From an uncultured archaeon (GTDB taxonomy: Archaea; Asgardarchaeota; Heimdallarchaeia; Heimdallarchaeales; Heimdallarchaeaceae): 25,691 nucleotides of DNA. The notes beneath the pieces were generated by a model. That model was given only the letters and a program-made list of their open reading frames with translations. It had not been told where the DNA came from and searched no databases. The position numbers and the translations under genes were made by a program. Positions 1 through 10,318 of the stretch are shown here, one piece after another. Position 1 is the first letter of the stretch, and every line of letters starts with the position of its first letter. The stretch covers positions 49,474 to 75,164 of the forward strand of contig CAZHRF010000011.1 of NCBI GenBank assembly GCA_964534625.1, given 5' to 3'.

Positions 1-352
1 GTCATCTTGATCACTTGGCTGGTCAGGTGAATAGTCTATACTTTCAATAACAGGAGCAGTTTTATCGAGAATAGTAAAAGCATGGGTAGCACTTTTAGTG
101 AAATTATCTGATGTATCATACGCATAAATGGTGAATTCTATGGTAACAGTTGCGTCAAAAGCACCGATAGTTACACTATAATTGTCATTCCCTAGTGCTG
201 TCATAGTCGTATTTGTCCATGCTCCCTCATTTATACGATACGAGAGAATAACCTCTGCTACTTCCACACTATCAGTAACAGTTGTTGTAATAGTTATGTC
301 ATCTTGATCACTTGGCTGGTCAGGTGAATAGTCTATACTTTCAATAACAGGA
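1..352. repeat. Intragenic direct repeat with 297-bp period; 1-55 identical to 298-352
   Basis: gtcatcttgatcacttggctggtcaggtgaatagtctatactttcaataacagga occurs exactly at 1-55 and 298-352. Confidence 0.95.
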
Positions 353-1551
353 TCTGTTGTATCTATTGATCCTATATTAAAGACTTGGATACGGTGATTA
401 TTTCTATCTACGACATAAATTTGCTCATATTTAATACTGAGACCGTAAACTCGATCAAATTCTCCTTCTCCTGAACCAAATGTGCCAAACTGAGAAAGAT
501 ACTTACCTTGATGGTCAAAGATTTGTACCCTATTATTCATAAGATCTGCTACATATACATATTGAGCATCTACATGAATATCATAAGGATAATTAAATTC
601 ACCATTACCCGTGCCCTCTATGCCCCATTCACGTACATAATTGCCTTTTAGATCTAACACTTGTATTCGATGGTTATTTCTATCTACAGCATAAATTTCC
701 TCATTATACACGGAAAGACCAAAGACACCGTTAAACTCTCCTGATTCTTCTCCGACTATACCAAATTCATCTATAAATTCTTCTTCTAATAAATCATATA
801 CCACAATAGAGGGAGCATTATCTAGACCTGCACCCCAAAAGAGTTTATTGTCATAGATGGTTATTCCACGCATATCCGCATAGGGAGCGGTGATATTCTT
901 TATATAGTTCCCCGATGTATCATAAACATTTATGTACCCCATACCAAAGGGAGAACTACTACTAATAAATCGCTGAGATACATAGATATAGTCTCCGTCA
1001 GTAGTCATATCCCACAACCATACACTATTGTTGGTCACTTCAAAGAGAAAATTACCTGATAGATCAAAAGCTTGCACCCTTCCATATGCACTTCCTGTAG
1101 AAGAACCTCGATATTCACCTACAAAGATTTTGTTATCTGCAATTGTAACGGCTTTAGGATAATCTAAAAATTCCCCTTCATTTGAACCATAGGAACCAAA
1201 CATGAATTGAAAGTTAATTGATAGGTTTGAAGATAAGAGATCACAGGAATGTCCATCAAGAGAGTATAAACTCAAAGCATCTCCCGTTTCTATATGGCTA
1301 TGTGGGTCTGTTTGAGAGGAAATGGTCAAAGATTTTTCAGTAGACTGTATTACTGTTTCTTTTTGTTTAAAATCTATTTGGTGAGGATCTTCTTTGTACA
1401 AACTATTTTTTACATTATTATATGAGTCTTTTATCGCCATTTTCAGTTGGTTCTCTTCATTTTTTTTGTTTATAGACGCAACAGATGTACTATTCATAAG
1501 CAAATTAACGATAATTAAAAACGAAATAAATAATAAGGTTTTGTTTTTCAT
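1..1551 (-). CDS. Secreted/surface protein: signal peptide, NHL-repeat beta-propeller, tandem ~99-aa Ig-like repeats (runs off the window's left edge)
   Basis: Translated by hand; open from ATG 1551 (GGTGAT RBS upstream) to base 1, at least 517 aa. It starts MKNKTLLFISFLIIVNLLMNS. NHL blades include FGIVGEESGEFNGVFGLSVYNEEIYAVDRNNHRIQVLD, WGIEGTGNGEFNYPYDIHVDAQYVYVADLMNNRVQIFD and FGTFGSGEGEFDRVYGL...VDRNNHRIQVF. These are followed by DTTDPVIESIDYSPDQPSDQDD...YAYDTSDN...DKTAPVIESIDYSPDQPSDQDD. Confidence 0.9.
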   Translation of the reverse strand, partial: MKNKTLLFISFLIIVNLLMNSTSVASINKKNEENQLKMAIKDSYNNVKNSLYKEDPHQIDFKQKETVIQSTEKSLTISSQTDPHSHIETGDALSLYSLDGHSCDLLSSNLSINFQFMFGSYGSNEGEFLDYPKAVTIADNKIFVGEYRGSSTGSAYGRVQAFDLSGNFLFEVTNNSVWLWDMTTDGDYIYVSQRFISSSSPFGMGYINVYDTSGNYIKNITAPYADMRGITIYDNKLFWGAGLDNAPSIVVYDLLEEEFIDEFGIVGEESGEFNGVFGLSVYNEEIYAVDRNNHRIQVLDLKGNYVREWGIEGTGNGEFNYPYDIHVDAQYVYVADLMNNRVQIFDHQGKYLSQFGTFGSGEGEFDRVYGLSIKYEQIYVVDRNNHRIQVFNIGSIDTTDPVIESIDYSPDQPSDQDDITITTTVTDSVEVAEVILSYRINEGAWTNTTMTALGNDNYSVTIGAFDATVTIEFTIYAYDTSDNFTKSATHAFTILDKTAPVIESIDYSPDQPSDQDD

Positions 1552-1563
1552 ACATATCACCAT

Positions 1564-1833
1564 TTATTTTTCTTTTTTTCGTTTATTAATATAACTATTT
1601 CTATACTCAATATGGTTTTTGTAATTGATCTTTATCAATGGCTGTTCTCTCTCTGTCTCTTTTTTTCTTATTTTCTTTGTAATTATCCCTGTTCCACATC
1701 CAACTTCCAAGGTTCTCTTAGTTCCCTTTAATCCTATTTTTCTGTAGATTCTATTCTTGGCGCTTTTTGTCCAAACGGCTTGTTTTATAAACTGATTATT
1801 GGATTTAGTATAATTTGTATCGGTTTCTGTCAT
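1564..1833 (-). pseudogene. Truncated class I SAM-dependent methyltransferase remnant
   Basis: Motif I LEVGCGTGII is present. The next expected acidic strand (TAIDKD) lies in another frame after a GA-repeat tract (~1645-1665) and is followed shortly by a stop. Likely start ATG 1833. Confidence 0.65.
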
Positions 1834-1957
1834 TGGAAAATCCTTTTCAGTAAACACTTTAAATAACTGATAGTCCATAGTTAGTATATAAGTGTTGCTA
1901 AAAACATTGTGGTTCAGAAATAACACTTATCTACCACTTTCTTTGTAGATAAACCAA

Positions 1958-1972
1958 TATAACGGCGTTATA
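1958..1972. promoter_or_regulatory. Perfect palindrome TATAACG-G-CGTTATA (candidate operator), next to inverted repeat TTATCTAC-N10-GTAGATAA (1927-1952)
   Basis: Both dyads are read directly in intergenic sequence; function is inferred. Confidence 0.3.
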
Positions 1973-2173
1973 AACAAATATAGCGTTAGGGATGTTTCTG
2001 CCTATGATAAGTCAACTTTAATTAAATGATCTATAGTGTTCATTGAGTTTGGAAAAACGAATAAGGAACTTTTGCTATGAAAACATTTTGTTGATCATTT
2101 ATTTTTTTTAAAACTTTGACTTTCATGTTTTTTTGGATAATTAAGTTTATTCAATTCTTAGTAAATATGGTGT

Positions 2174-3055
2174 TCATTTTATCGGTTCTGGCTCCTCCGA
2201 GTAGATTTTATCAAGTTCAAATATGGATAAAATATCTATTGCTTGCTGAATTTGGTTACTTGTAACTTCTTTTTTCCATTTTTCAATAATATTATCTCCA
2301 GTCAAAATGGCACTTTTTTCTCTTACTTCAGCTGAAGGTATTTTCATTTTCTTAAATACGTTTTGAGTATAATTTTTACCTAAATATTGAAAGAGTTTAT
2401 CTACTTCTTTTTGAGGCTGGGTTACAAAATTTTCATAAAAACACACATGAATACGCTTTTTGTTTATTTGTTTTAACGCCACATAATTTTCAATACACCA
2501 TAAATAAATCTGCCTTTTGAATAAATCTTCTACTTTTTTAATATGTTTTAGGAATGGTGAAAGATAATCTTCGATTAATTCTTGTTGCTCTAAAAATACT
2601 GCTAAATTAATGTCCCAACCTAATTTGATACGTGAATTACCAACAGCACAAGGATGTCTTAAAACATATATTATATTATATTAGTTTTTGGAAAATGTGT
2701 GGTTATCCAATCTATCAACATATTAATTCTTATGTCTTTAATCAAACGTTCTTTACAAAAAAGTTTTTTGTTGAATCTGTCTATCCACGGATCACTAATG
2801 TTACCTGAAAGAATTTGTTTTGTAGCATCAAGATATTTTTGATTATAATTTTCTGGTCTCAAATATTGTCTTAGGCCAGAACTTTTCACGCTTTCCACTT
2901 TTTTGGATAAAAAGGTTCAAACATATACCTATAATCATTTTTATAGTTTATCAAATTAGAAATCCAAGTGGTTCCACTCCTTGATGTCCCTAAAAGTAAA
3001 ACTGAATTTTCATAACTACTATCTAAGGTAACATAAATTTCACTAAAAATTTCAT
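2174..3055 (-). pseudogene. Frameshifted PAPS-dependent sulfotransferase
   Basis: Reconstruction gives ...VLLLGTSRSGTTWISNLINY...YMFEPF (5'-PSB loop) / ...LRQYLRPE...LIKDIRINM...TNII / YVLRHPCAVGNSRIKLGW...CFYENFVTQP...KWKKE. Breaks occur at a T run (~3046-3050), an A run (~2899-2904) and an (AATAT)3 repeat (~2669-2683). Start position is uncertain. Confidence 0.8.
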
Positions 3056-3268
3056 TTTTACTGCATCTAAAAGTGTTCTATTTCTAATTTTGGTTTGTAT
3101 TTTTGAGAGTAGTAGTCATAAACTTCAATGCTAGATATAATAAAATCAATCTTAGTTCTTTTTTAAAGATATCTTTGGGTAACCAAACTCTTCAAGGTTT
3201 AAAACATCAATATTCTCTAAAAATTTTAATAGTATAATAATCTATGTAAGATATACAAGGTAATTGCT

Positions 3269-4510
3269 ATGAATATTCTATTAATATCCTATTTTTTTCC
3301 ACCTGACCAAAGAGTAGGGGGATACCGCCCCTACAGTTTTGCCAAACAGTTACCCGATTTTGATGTTAATGTAACTGTGCTTACCAGTATTGAAGAAAAC
3401 CAAAAGAATACTATAATTGACGATCTTAATGTTAAGGATATTTATTGTGCTAAAAAAACCAATCTTAGAGAACTAGGTTATAAAACAAAGATTTTAGCCC
3501 TTCTTGAACTTCTAAAATTAGATAAATTATTCCTATTTCCAGACCCCTATTTCCCATGGATAAGGCGAGCAACTAAATTAGGTAAAAAAATCTTGAAGAA
3601 GCAAAAAATCGATGCAATACTGGTAACAGGACCGCCATTTAGTACATTTCTAGTAGGTTATAACCTATCCAAAAAATACAATATTCCATTAATATTGGAT
3701 TATCGAGATCCATGGTTGGGTAATCCTTTTGATGATTATTCTTTCAATTTTTTGGAAAAAAGAGTCAAAAAGAATGAGAAAAGAATCATTGAACAAGCAG
3801 ATATGTTGATAACCGTTGGAAATGAATATGCTGAACTAATAGCTGATAATATAAATATAGATCCGAGTGAGTTCAATATTGTCTTTAATGGATATTTTGC
3901 AAAGGATAAAAAAGAACGTGACATAAAAAAACTTGAAAAAGTTTTTACTATCTCTTTCTTTGGGAATTTTTATCTCATACAAAAACAAGTTGTAGCGGAT
4001 TTTTTAGTGGGTTTAGGAAAAATGATCAAAAATAATGGACTTAAACCTAGTGATATTCAATTTAAGTACGCAGGTAAAACTTCTCGTAAGGTTCTCAGTC
4101 GAATGTTGAGAGATGCTGAAATAAACGATTATTTTGTAGATTTGGGTTTTCTAAAGAAGGAAGATCTTATGAAGGAAATAACTAAATCTCACCTATTATT
4201 GGATATAGTGCCTGAGGGAACCGAATATATGATCCATACGAAAATCTATGATTATTTCTTAGGTGATTCTCATATTATTCTTGTAGGTAAAAAAGGTTCT
4301 ATTGTCACTTTATGTGATGATATAGAACAAGAGTATACTTCAGTCTCTCAAAATATATCAGAAATAAAACAAAAATTAACTGATCTTTATCAGAAATGGC
4401 AAACAAAAGAATTGAAATTTGGTTGTAATGAAGAAAAATTAACCAAATATAGTCGAAGGAATCAAGCAAAAAAACTTGTAAATATCCTTAAAAAGCAATA
4501 TTCTTCGTAA
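3269..4510 (+). CDS. GT4-type (GT-B) glycosyltransferase
   Basis: MNILLISYFFPP..GGYRP, VTGPPFS, LILDYRDPW, NGY and KIYDY motifs. Confidence 0.85.
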   Translation: MNILLISYFFPPDQRVGGYRPYSFAKQLPDFDVNVTVLTSIEENQKNTIIDDLNVKDIYCAKKTNLRELGYKTKILALLELLKLDKLFLFPDPYFPWIRRATKLGKKILKKQKIDAILVTGPPFSTFLVGYNLSKKYNIPLILDYRDPWLGNPFDDYSFNFLEKRVKKNEKRIIEQADMLITVGNEYAELIADNINIDPSEFNIVFNGYFAKDKKERDIKKLEKVFTISFFGNFYLIQKQVVADFLVGLGKMIKNNGLKPSDIQFKYAGKTSRKVLSRMLRDAEINDYFVDLGFLKKEDLMKEITKSHLLLDIVPEGTEYMIHTKIYDYFLGDSHIILVGKKGSIVTLCDDIEQEYTSVSQNISEIKQKLTDLYQKWQTKELKFGCNEEKLTKYSRRNQAKKLVNILKKQYSS

Positions 4511-4643
4511 TAACCCTTGTTATGCTCTTCTATATAAGATTCATTAGCTCGTCTTGTACAATGCAAATTTTACAATTTATCTCACTTATTATTTTCTATG
4601 AAAACTTTTTATTAGGTTATCTATAAGATTAAAGGGAGAATAA

Positions 4644-5573
4644 ATGCGCGTTGCTATTATAGGAGATTATGCAAGCCAATATTATCTTATTGGTAAAGAA
4701 TTAACTAAAAGAGGATATAATATAACCTATTTCCTTCAAAATAACAAATATGCTGATTTACCTGAAAATTTTTACTGTTTAGGGGATGTGTATGGAAATC
4801 TTTTATTTAACTATGTAAAGACCGGTTATTGGATGGCTTTTGGAAAGTTTTTCAAACGTTTTCCTATTCAAGTTATTAATGGAACTTACAAGAACATTGT
4901 GAGAGCCACAAATACTTGTTACCATTATCACGGTTCTGATTTAAGATTGAAAACAGTTGAACCTAAATATCCTTCTTTTGTTTCTCAACGAGAACTTTTG
5001 GACTATAGTGAGGAATCTGTATTTATTCCTAGATGTGCAGATCATAGTATCTTTAGACCAATGGTAAACATAAAAGAAGAGAAAGAGGAATTCAAAGAAG
5101 AGGAGGGGTGTGATTTTATTGTAGGACATTTTGCACCATCTGTTAAGATTAAAGGTTCAGATCTGATAAATAAAGCAATAGAATTATTGCAAGAAGAAAC
5201 AGGATATAGTATTCATTTTATTAACAAACCGGTTCCAAAAGATAAAATACCCGAAACAATGAATTTTTGTGACTTGGTGTTAGACCATGCAAATGCAAAG
5301 GTAGGTCAAACATATAATGTGTTGAGTATAGAAGCTCTATTATGTGAGGTACCTGTAGGTAGTTATTATTCAACCGAATATATTGATTATCCGGAAATGA
5401 AAGAGGTAGTAGAGTTTTTAGAGCCTAAAAGCATAAAAAGTCTAAAAAATTCCATTCTTAATATTTTAAAAGGAAAATTACAAGTCAAACGTGAAATAGT
5501 AATGAAATACCATAGTCCTTCTAAAGCAGTAGATGAGATACTAAATTACTGGGAAGAGTGGAATTTTATATAA
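4644..5573 (+). CDS. GT-B/GT4-like glycosyltransferase
   Basis: YHYHGSDLR, APSVKIKGSDLI, and CDLVLD...VLSIEALLCEVPV resembling the GT4 donor-binding region. Confidence 0.7.
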   Translation: MRVAIIGDYASQYYLIGKELTKRGYNITYFLQNNKYADLPENFYCLGDVYGNLLFNYVKTGYWMAFGKFFKRFPIQVINGTYKNIVRATNTCYHYHGSDLRLKTVEPKYPSFVSQRELLDYSEESVFIPRCADHSIFRPMVNIKEEKEEFKEEEGCDFIVGHFAPSVKIKGSDLINKAIELLQEETGYSIHFINKPVPKDKIPETMNFCDLVLDHANAKVGQTYNVLSIEALLCEVPVGSYYSTEYIDYPEMKEVVEFLEPKSIKSLKNSILNILKGKLQVKREIVMKYHSPSKAVDEILNYWEEWNFI

Positions 5574-5598
5574 TTGATATTCGTCAAAGAGTGGTAAT

Positions 5599-7050
5599 AT
5601 GAATAAAGTGATAAGTGAAGAAGCATTTGATTTAACGTCTGCCTATGAAAAATTTCTGCAATTTGAAGATAAGTTTGATTTATTTGAAAAAAAAATTAAT
5701 GGAGTATATTTCTGGGAACGAATAAGATTTAACGCGGGTAGATTAGTCTTATATCCTCAACTTTTTCAATTAAAGGAAACAGAAAAATCTTCTCTTTTTT
5801 CAAAATTTAAAGCAAAGAGCAAAAAGATCTTAAAATATCTAAAATCCATACTTTATGTCCATAGAAATCCTGTTTTTTCTAAAGTACATGATGTATTATT
5901 CTTAAGTCACCCAAGGAGAAAAAAGAAAGAGGATGGTAAATGGTGGGATATCTACACTGACCATTATCTGCCTTTAGAAGATTATTCTAGTCTGTCTATA
6001 GAAACACATTTCAGTAATACCTTTCTAACACCAGCAAAAACTAAAAATTTGAAGTATTTCACTTTCTATAATACACTCATAAACATTAAAAGACTATGGA
6101 AAAAAACAGAGATAAATTTCTCTGAAGAAGAGATTAATCTTCTACAAAATATGAGTAAAAAGTATTATGAGTTATTTGATGTTGACATTAATTTTGTAAA
6201 ATTAGTGCGATTAATATTGATTAGGCGTGAAAGAATATTACCTAAGTATATCAAATTCTTAAAGAAAATTAATCCAAAAGTGGTTTTAGTAGTAGTAAGC
6301 TATTCACATTCGAATTTTATTGAAGCTTGTAAAATATTGGACATTCCCACAGTTGAACTGCAACACGGGATTATTTCAAGATACCATCTAGGGTATTCAT
6401 TTGAAGGTGAAAAAGCGAAGAAAGAAACGTTTCCTGATTACTTGTTTACATTTGGTAAATACTGGAATGAATGTGTAGAATATCCTATATCTAAAGAGAA
6501 TATTGTAGCTATTGGTTTTCCGGAATTTGAAGAACAAAAAGAAAAATACAAACACCTTTCTAAAAAGAAACAAATTCTTTTCATATCCCAACCAATTGAG
6601 GATAATAACAAATTATCACGAATAGCTTTAAAATTGAGTAAAAGTAAAAATATCGAATATAAGATCATCTTTAAACTCCATCCTTCAGAGGATGATGTGT
6701 GGAAAGAGTGGTATCCGTGGTTAAATAATAGTCCGGTAGAAATTGTTGATCGAAGTGGAGACGATTTGTATAAACTCTTTGCGACTTCAGAATTTATTGT
6801 TGGGATGCATTCTACAGCTATCTATGAAGGTTTAGGATTTGGAGTGAAAACTTTCCTTTTAGATTGTAAGGTTACTCCTTATATCACTGATTTAATAGAT
6901 ACTAAGGCAGTAAAAATGATCTCTTCTGCAGATGATATAATTAACAATATAGGAACAATGGAAAGCCAGAAAATAGAAAAAGAATATTTCTTTAAAAGAA
7001 ATTCGAAAAAAAATATGCTAAGAGAATTAAAGAAAGTTATTGAAGGATAA
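5599..7050 (+). CDS. GT-B protein, putative nonulosonate (sialyl-like) transferase / capsule biosynthesis protein
   Basis: ELQHG, FPDYLFTFG, ILFISQP, FKLHPSE and HSTAIYEG motifs; the HP and ST motifs resemble bacterial sialyltransferase/TagF-like folds. It lies in a neuA/neuB locus. Confidence 0.65.
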   Translation: MNKVISEEAFDLTSAYEKFLQFEDKFDLFEKKINGVYFWERIRFNAGRLVLYPQLFQLKETEKSSLFSKFKAKSKKILKYLKSILYVHRNPVFSKVHDVLFLSHPRRKKKEDGKWWDIYTDHYLPLEDYSSLSIETHFSNTFLTPAKTKNLKYFTFYNTLINIKRLWKKTEINFSEEEINLLQNMSKKYYELFDVDINFVKLVRLILIRRERILPKYIKFLKKINPKVVLVVVSYSHSNFIEACKILDIPTVELQHGIISRYHLGYSFEGEKAKKETFPDYLFTFGKYWNECVEYPISKENIVAIGFPEFEEQKEKYKHLSKKKQILFISQPIEDNNKLSRIALKLSKSKNIEYKIIFKLHPSEDDVWKEWYPWLNNSPVEIVDRSGDDLYKLFATSEFIVGMHSTAIYEGLGFGVKTFLLDCKVTPYITDLIDTKAVKMISSADDIINNIGTMESQKIEKEYFFKRNSKKNMLRELKKVIEG

Positions 7051-7141
7051 TCTTTCAGTCTCACTCTTTCTTATTTAATATTAATTTAGATAACTTTAAA
7101 TAAAGATTATACTTGCTTTCATTGTTCATTGGAGTAAACCT

Positions 7142-8746
7142 ATGCCTGAAAAAGAAAGTACCTCTTTATTAGATTTAGGAAGAAGTTCGAAATTTGCTAT
7201 TGTGTTCTTTCTTTCCTTTGTTTTAGCAAAGTTATTAGGCATAGCATTTAGTAAAATTTTTACCAATACTTTGACAGAAAATGAGATGGGGACTTATTCC
7301 ATTATAACTTCTGCCATCATGTTAGTTATAGCATTTTCATCTTTTGGTTTTACTGGATCTCTAAACAGATATATTATTAAATATAAAACATCGAGACAAA
7401 TAAATAAGATAAAAGATTTTGTCACAACTGGTGTTTTACTATATATTTTAGCCGAGGTAGTTGTTGTATGCTGTTTATATGTGGTATATTTTATTACGCG
7501 AAAAAAACCTTGGTTTCTTCAAGTATCAAATTATGTAATAACTTTACTTTTAGTAGCATTGATTGTTTTATCTCAAGTATTTAGTGTAGTTGTCTATGTT
7601 AGTGCAATTTCCGTGCAAAATGGTAAATATTATTCAATAGTAGTAATAATGCGCGTATTACTTCAAATACCCTTTGGGATACTTTTTGTTATATTTTTTG
7701 ATCTAGGTCTCTTCGGTTTAATCCTCGGATTAGCAACTTCAGAAATAAGTGTGGCGTTGTATAGTATATATATACTTATTAGAGATATTGGCATAGGGAG
7801 GTTTTCACTTGTTGAGCTTAAGAAGATCTCAACATATTCTCTCCCTTCTTATTATGTAGGAAATTTATGGAAAGGATTTGATTTATTAATCTTTTTCTTA
7901 GTTGAATTCTTCTATCCAGTTGATAGTTCCGAGATCGTTGCTTTGTACCGATATGGAGCATTGGTTGTAGCAAATCTCATTCTTATTGCAGGTAATGTGT
8001 TTAGTTTAGTCTATAAACCTGTGGTCTTTAGACTTTTTGAGCAGAAGAGATTTGAAAGAATGCAACGCGTAACTAAAAAAATCTTAAAATTGTTCTTAGT
8101 AACAATTATCCCCATATCAATTGGACTTTATGCATATTCACCAATATTGATTGTTATATTTACAAATGCCTTTTACAGGCAAAGTATCTTTGTTATACCT
8201 ATTATTTTAGGAACTATAATCATGCAATATTTACAAGGAATAATTGGCTATGGACATTCCTTATATCTTAAGCAATATTGGAATGCTATTGCTGCTACAA
8301 TTGCATTCATATGTGGAACTCTAGCTGGCTATTTCATCATTCCAATAAATGGATTAGTTGGATTAGTATTGGCATTGTTTGTCATAAGATTTGTATATTC
8401 TTTCGGATTGATTATAGTCTCACAATTTTACCTCAAGCTAAAATATGATGTTAAAAGCTTATTATTGATACTAGGATCCACAATAATCTCAATAGGTATA
8501 GGCATTATACTGAATAAATTAGTGTTTAGTTACATTGCAATTTACAGTATTACGATTTCTTTTACTATTAGTATACTTATCTTTTTAGTCTTAATTTTAG
8601 TGACGAAACAGATAACCAAAGATGACTTAAAATTTTTCAGAAAGATGTTTCAGAGTTACATAGATAAAATAAAAAGAAAAGATAAGAAAAAAACCAAACT
8701 AGAAAATGATGAGGAAACTAAACTTAAAGATATTCAAGAAGATTAA
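7142..8746 (+). CDS. Oligosaccharide flippase (Wzx/MOP superfamily)
   Basis: Many hydrophobic segments, with the N-terminal FTNTLTENEMGTYS...GFTGSLNRY pattern typical of polysaccharide exporters. Its stop overlaps that of the convergent gene (TTAA, 8743-8746). Confidence 0.85.
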   Translation: MPEKESTSLLDLGRSSKFAIVFFLSFVLAKLLGIAFSKIFTNTLTENEMGTYSIITSAIMLVIAFSSFGFTGSLNRYIIKYKTSRQINKIKDFVTTGVLLYILAEVVVVCCLYVVYFITRKKPWFLQVSNYVITLLLVALIVLSQVFSVVVYVSAISVQNGKYYSIVVIMRVLLQIPFGILFVIFFDLGLFGLILGLATSEISVALYSIYILIRDIGIGRFSLVELKKISTYSLPSYYVGNLWKGFDLLIFFLVEFFYPVDSSEIVALYRYGALVVANLILIAGNVFSLVYKPVVFRLFEQKRFERMQRVTKKILKLFLVTIIPISIGLYAYSPILIVIFTNAFYRQSIFVIPIILGTIIMQYLQGIIGYGHSLYLKQYWNAIAATIAFICGTLAGYFIIPINGLVGLVLALFVIRFVYSFGLIIVSQFYLKLKYDVKSLLLILGSTIISIGIGIILNKLVFSYIAIYSITISFTISILIFLVLILVTKQITKDDLKFFRKMFQSYIDKIKRKDKKKTKLENDEETKLKDIQED

Positions 8747-9564
8747 TCCCAAATTTCAGTTTCTAAACCTGTGAGTTCTTTTAATTTTTGATTAGGCTCT
8801 TTAAAAAACTCCTTAAGCATTTTTCGTGTATGCCTCGACAATTCTGGATATCCTGGTTTTTTTCCTTTGTAACAAAGAGAACTTAACACTCTAAATATGA
8901 AAGAATCAATTCCGAAAGTTTCCCCGATTTTCTTTAATAAGCGTGGACGTCGAGGTATGATTGTCTTATGCCTTACTTCTTCTATATATTGATAATCATC
9001 TGATTTGGGAATTTCTAAGAAGGAAAATATTTGTTCTAATTCTTTTAGGGGGTTTTTGATAAATTTTTCAAACAATAAATAGTGCATTTGTTCATGACTA
9101 AAATAATTCAGATAATTTTTTATTTGTTTGTAATAAATACCGCGTTGTAAATAGCCTTTGAAGACATTTTCTTTTATTCTTGTTTCTTCTTGTTCTACTG
9201 ATTGTTCAAACGATAATTTTTCATTTCCACGCTTTACCGAATGCCAATAGTTCGAATACGCCCTGTTAATTGGATTTCTGAATATCCAAATTAGTTTTAC
9301 TTCTGGGTTGTAGTCATAGATCCTCTGTGGCACTTTTTCTAAATAACAGTAAGTCGGGGTTTTTTCTCCTATTAAGTTATCCTCATTATATTCACTGAAT
9401 ATGTTTTCATACCACTCATAGCCTTTGTTAAAATTAGATTCTAAATCAAAAAAATGCACTTCCTCGAGTGGCATGCTAATTGAGGGATGGTTATTCATAT
9501 GAAAAGCCAGACTGGATGTGCCAGCTTTCATTGCACCTACAATAATAACATCGGTTTTTTTCAT
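8743..9564 (-). CDS. PAPS-dependent sulfotransferase, heparan sulfate 3-O-/N-sulfotransferase-like
   Basis: IIVGAMKAGTSSL (5'-PSB), EEVHFFD, GYEWY, GEKTPTY, FRNPINRAYSNY (3'-PB) and a C-terminal LKEFFKEPNQKLKELTG. Confidence 0.9.
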   Translation of the reverse strand: MKKTDVIIVGAMKAGTSSLAFHMNNHPSISMPLEEVHFFDLESNFNKGYEWYENIFSEYNEDNLIGEKTPTYCYLEKVPQRIYDYNPEVKLIWIFRNPINRAYSNYWHSVKRGNEKLSFEQSVEQEETRIKENVFKGYLQRGIYYKQIKNYLNYFSHEQMHYLLFEKFIKNPLKELEQIFSFLEIPKSDDYQYIEEVRHKTIIPRRPRLLKKIGETFGIDSFIFRVLSSLCYKGKKPGYPELSRHTRKMLKEFFKEPNQKLKELTGLETEIWD

Positions 9565-9668
9565 CCTTTACCTCTCCATTTTTTGGACCTGCTAAATTGG
9601 ATTGAAACTATATTAGTTGAGTTCTATTAGAAGATAGGAACTTATTTAAAATAGTTTTGAACCTTGTC

Positions 9669-10199
9669 TTAATGGAATTTTTTCTCACTCTTTAATTTAT
9701 AATAATGTTCTCTGTCTCTGTATTTGAATACTTTGGCAGGATGACCTCCAACTATTGTACAGGGAGGTACATCTTTAACCACAACACTACCAGCTTGAAC
9801 AATAGCTCCCTCTCCCACTGTAACCCCACTTAGAATTATTACACGTGCACCAATCCATACATTATCTTCGATAATTATGGGGTTACGTATATATGTTTGG
9901 TCATAAGGAATTTTTGTTCCTTTATCATAGTTGTGATTTCGTGTGAGGAGTAAAATATCAGGTCCTGAATGAAAATTATTTCCTATAGTAACTGGACCAT
10001 CTCCTCGTATAGTCAAACCATTAAAATTTACGTTGTTCTTAAGAATGGTATTAGGGTTTACTTTAGATTTAAAATTTACAGTAAGATCATTACCATAAGA
10101 TTTTGCCTGCTTTTTTACTAAAGCTGTATAATATTTACGTTTAATGGCAATTATGAGGGATTGAAAAATCCCAATAATATCTACCATCTTGAACATCAC
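9669..10199 (-). CDS. Left-handed beta-helix O-acyltransferase
   Basis: Hexapeptide repeats [49 protein letters not shown]. Confidence 0.9.
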   Translation of the reverse strand: MMFKMVDIIGIFQSLIIAIKRKYYTALVKKQAKSYGNDLTVNFKSKVNPNTILKNNVNFNGLTIRGDGPVTIGNNFHSGPDILLLTRNHNYDKGTKIPYDQTYIRNPIIIEDNVWIGARVIILSGVTVGEGAIVQAGSVVVKDVPPCTIVGGHPAKVFKYRDREHYYKLKSEKKFH

Positions 10200-10318
10200 A
10201 AGTTAATGGGCTATAAGAATTATAAAAGCTTTTTTCTATAAGATAGAGTATTTACGTACTTTAAACCACTTTAATTCAAATTTGGTAAAATATGAAAATG
10301 GATATAAGATGTACATCC

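Noticed and set aside
1-352. 55-bp direct repeat as a CRISPR array or att site
   Set aside because: The 297-bp period is in frame within a coding domain repeat; no spacers or cas genes.
1394-1594. 66-aa plus-strand ORF
   Set aside because: Antisense shadow of the 5' end of the NHL surface-protein gene.
3736-7064. Short minus-strand ORFs inside the glycosyltransferase genes
   Set aside because: Shadow ORFs. The similarity of 6397-6591 to 15579-15950 only reflects the inverted paralogy.
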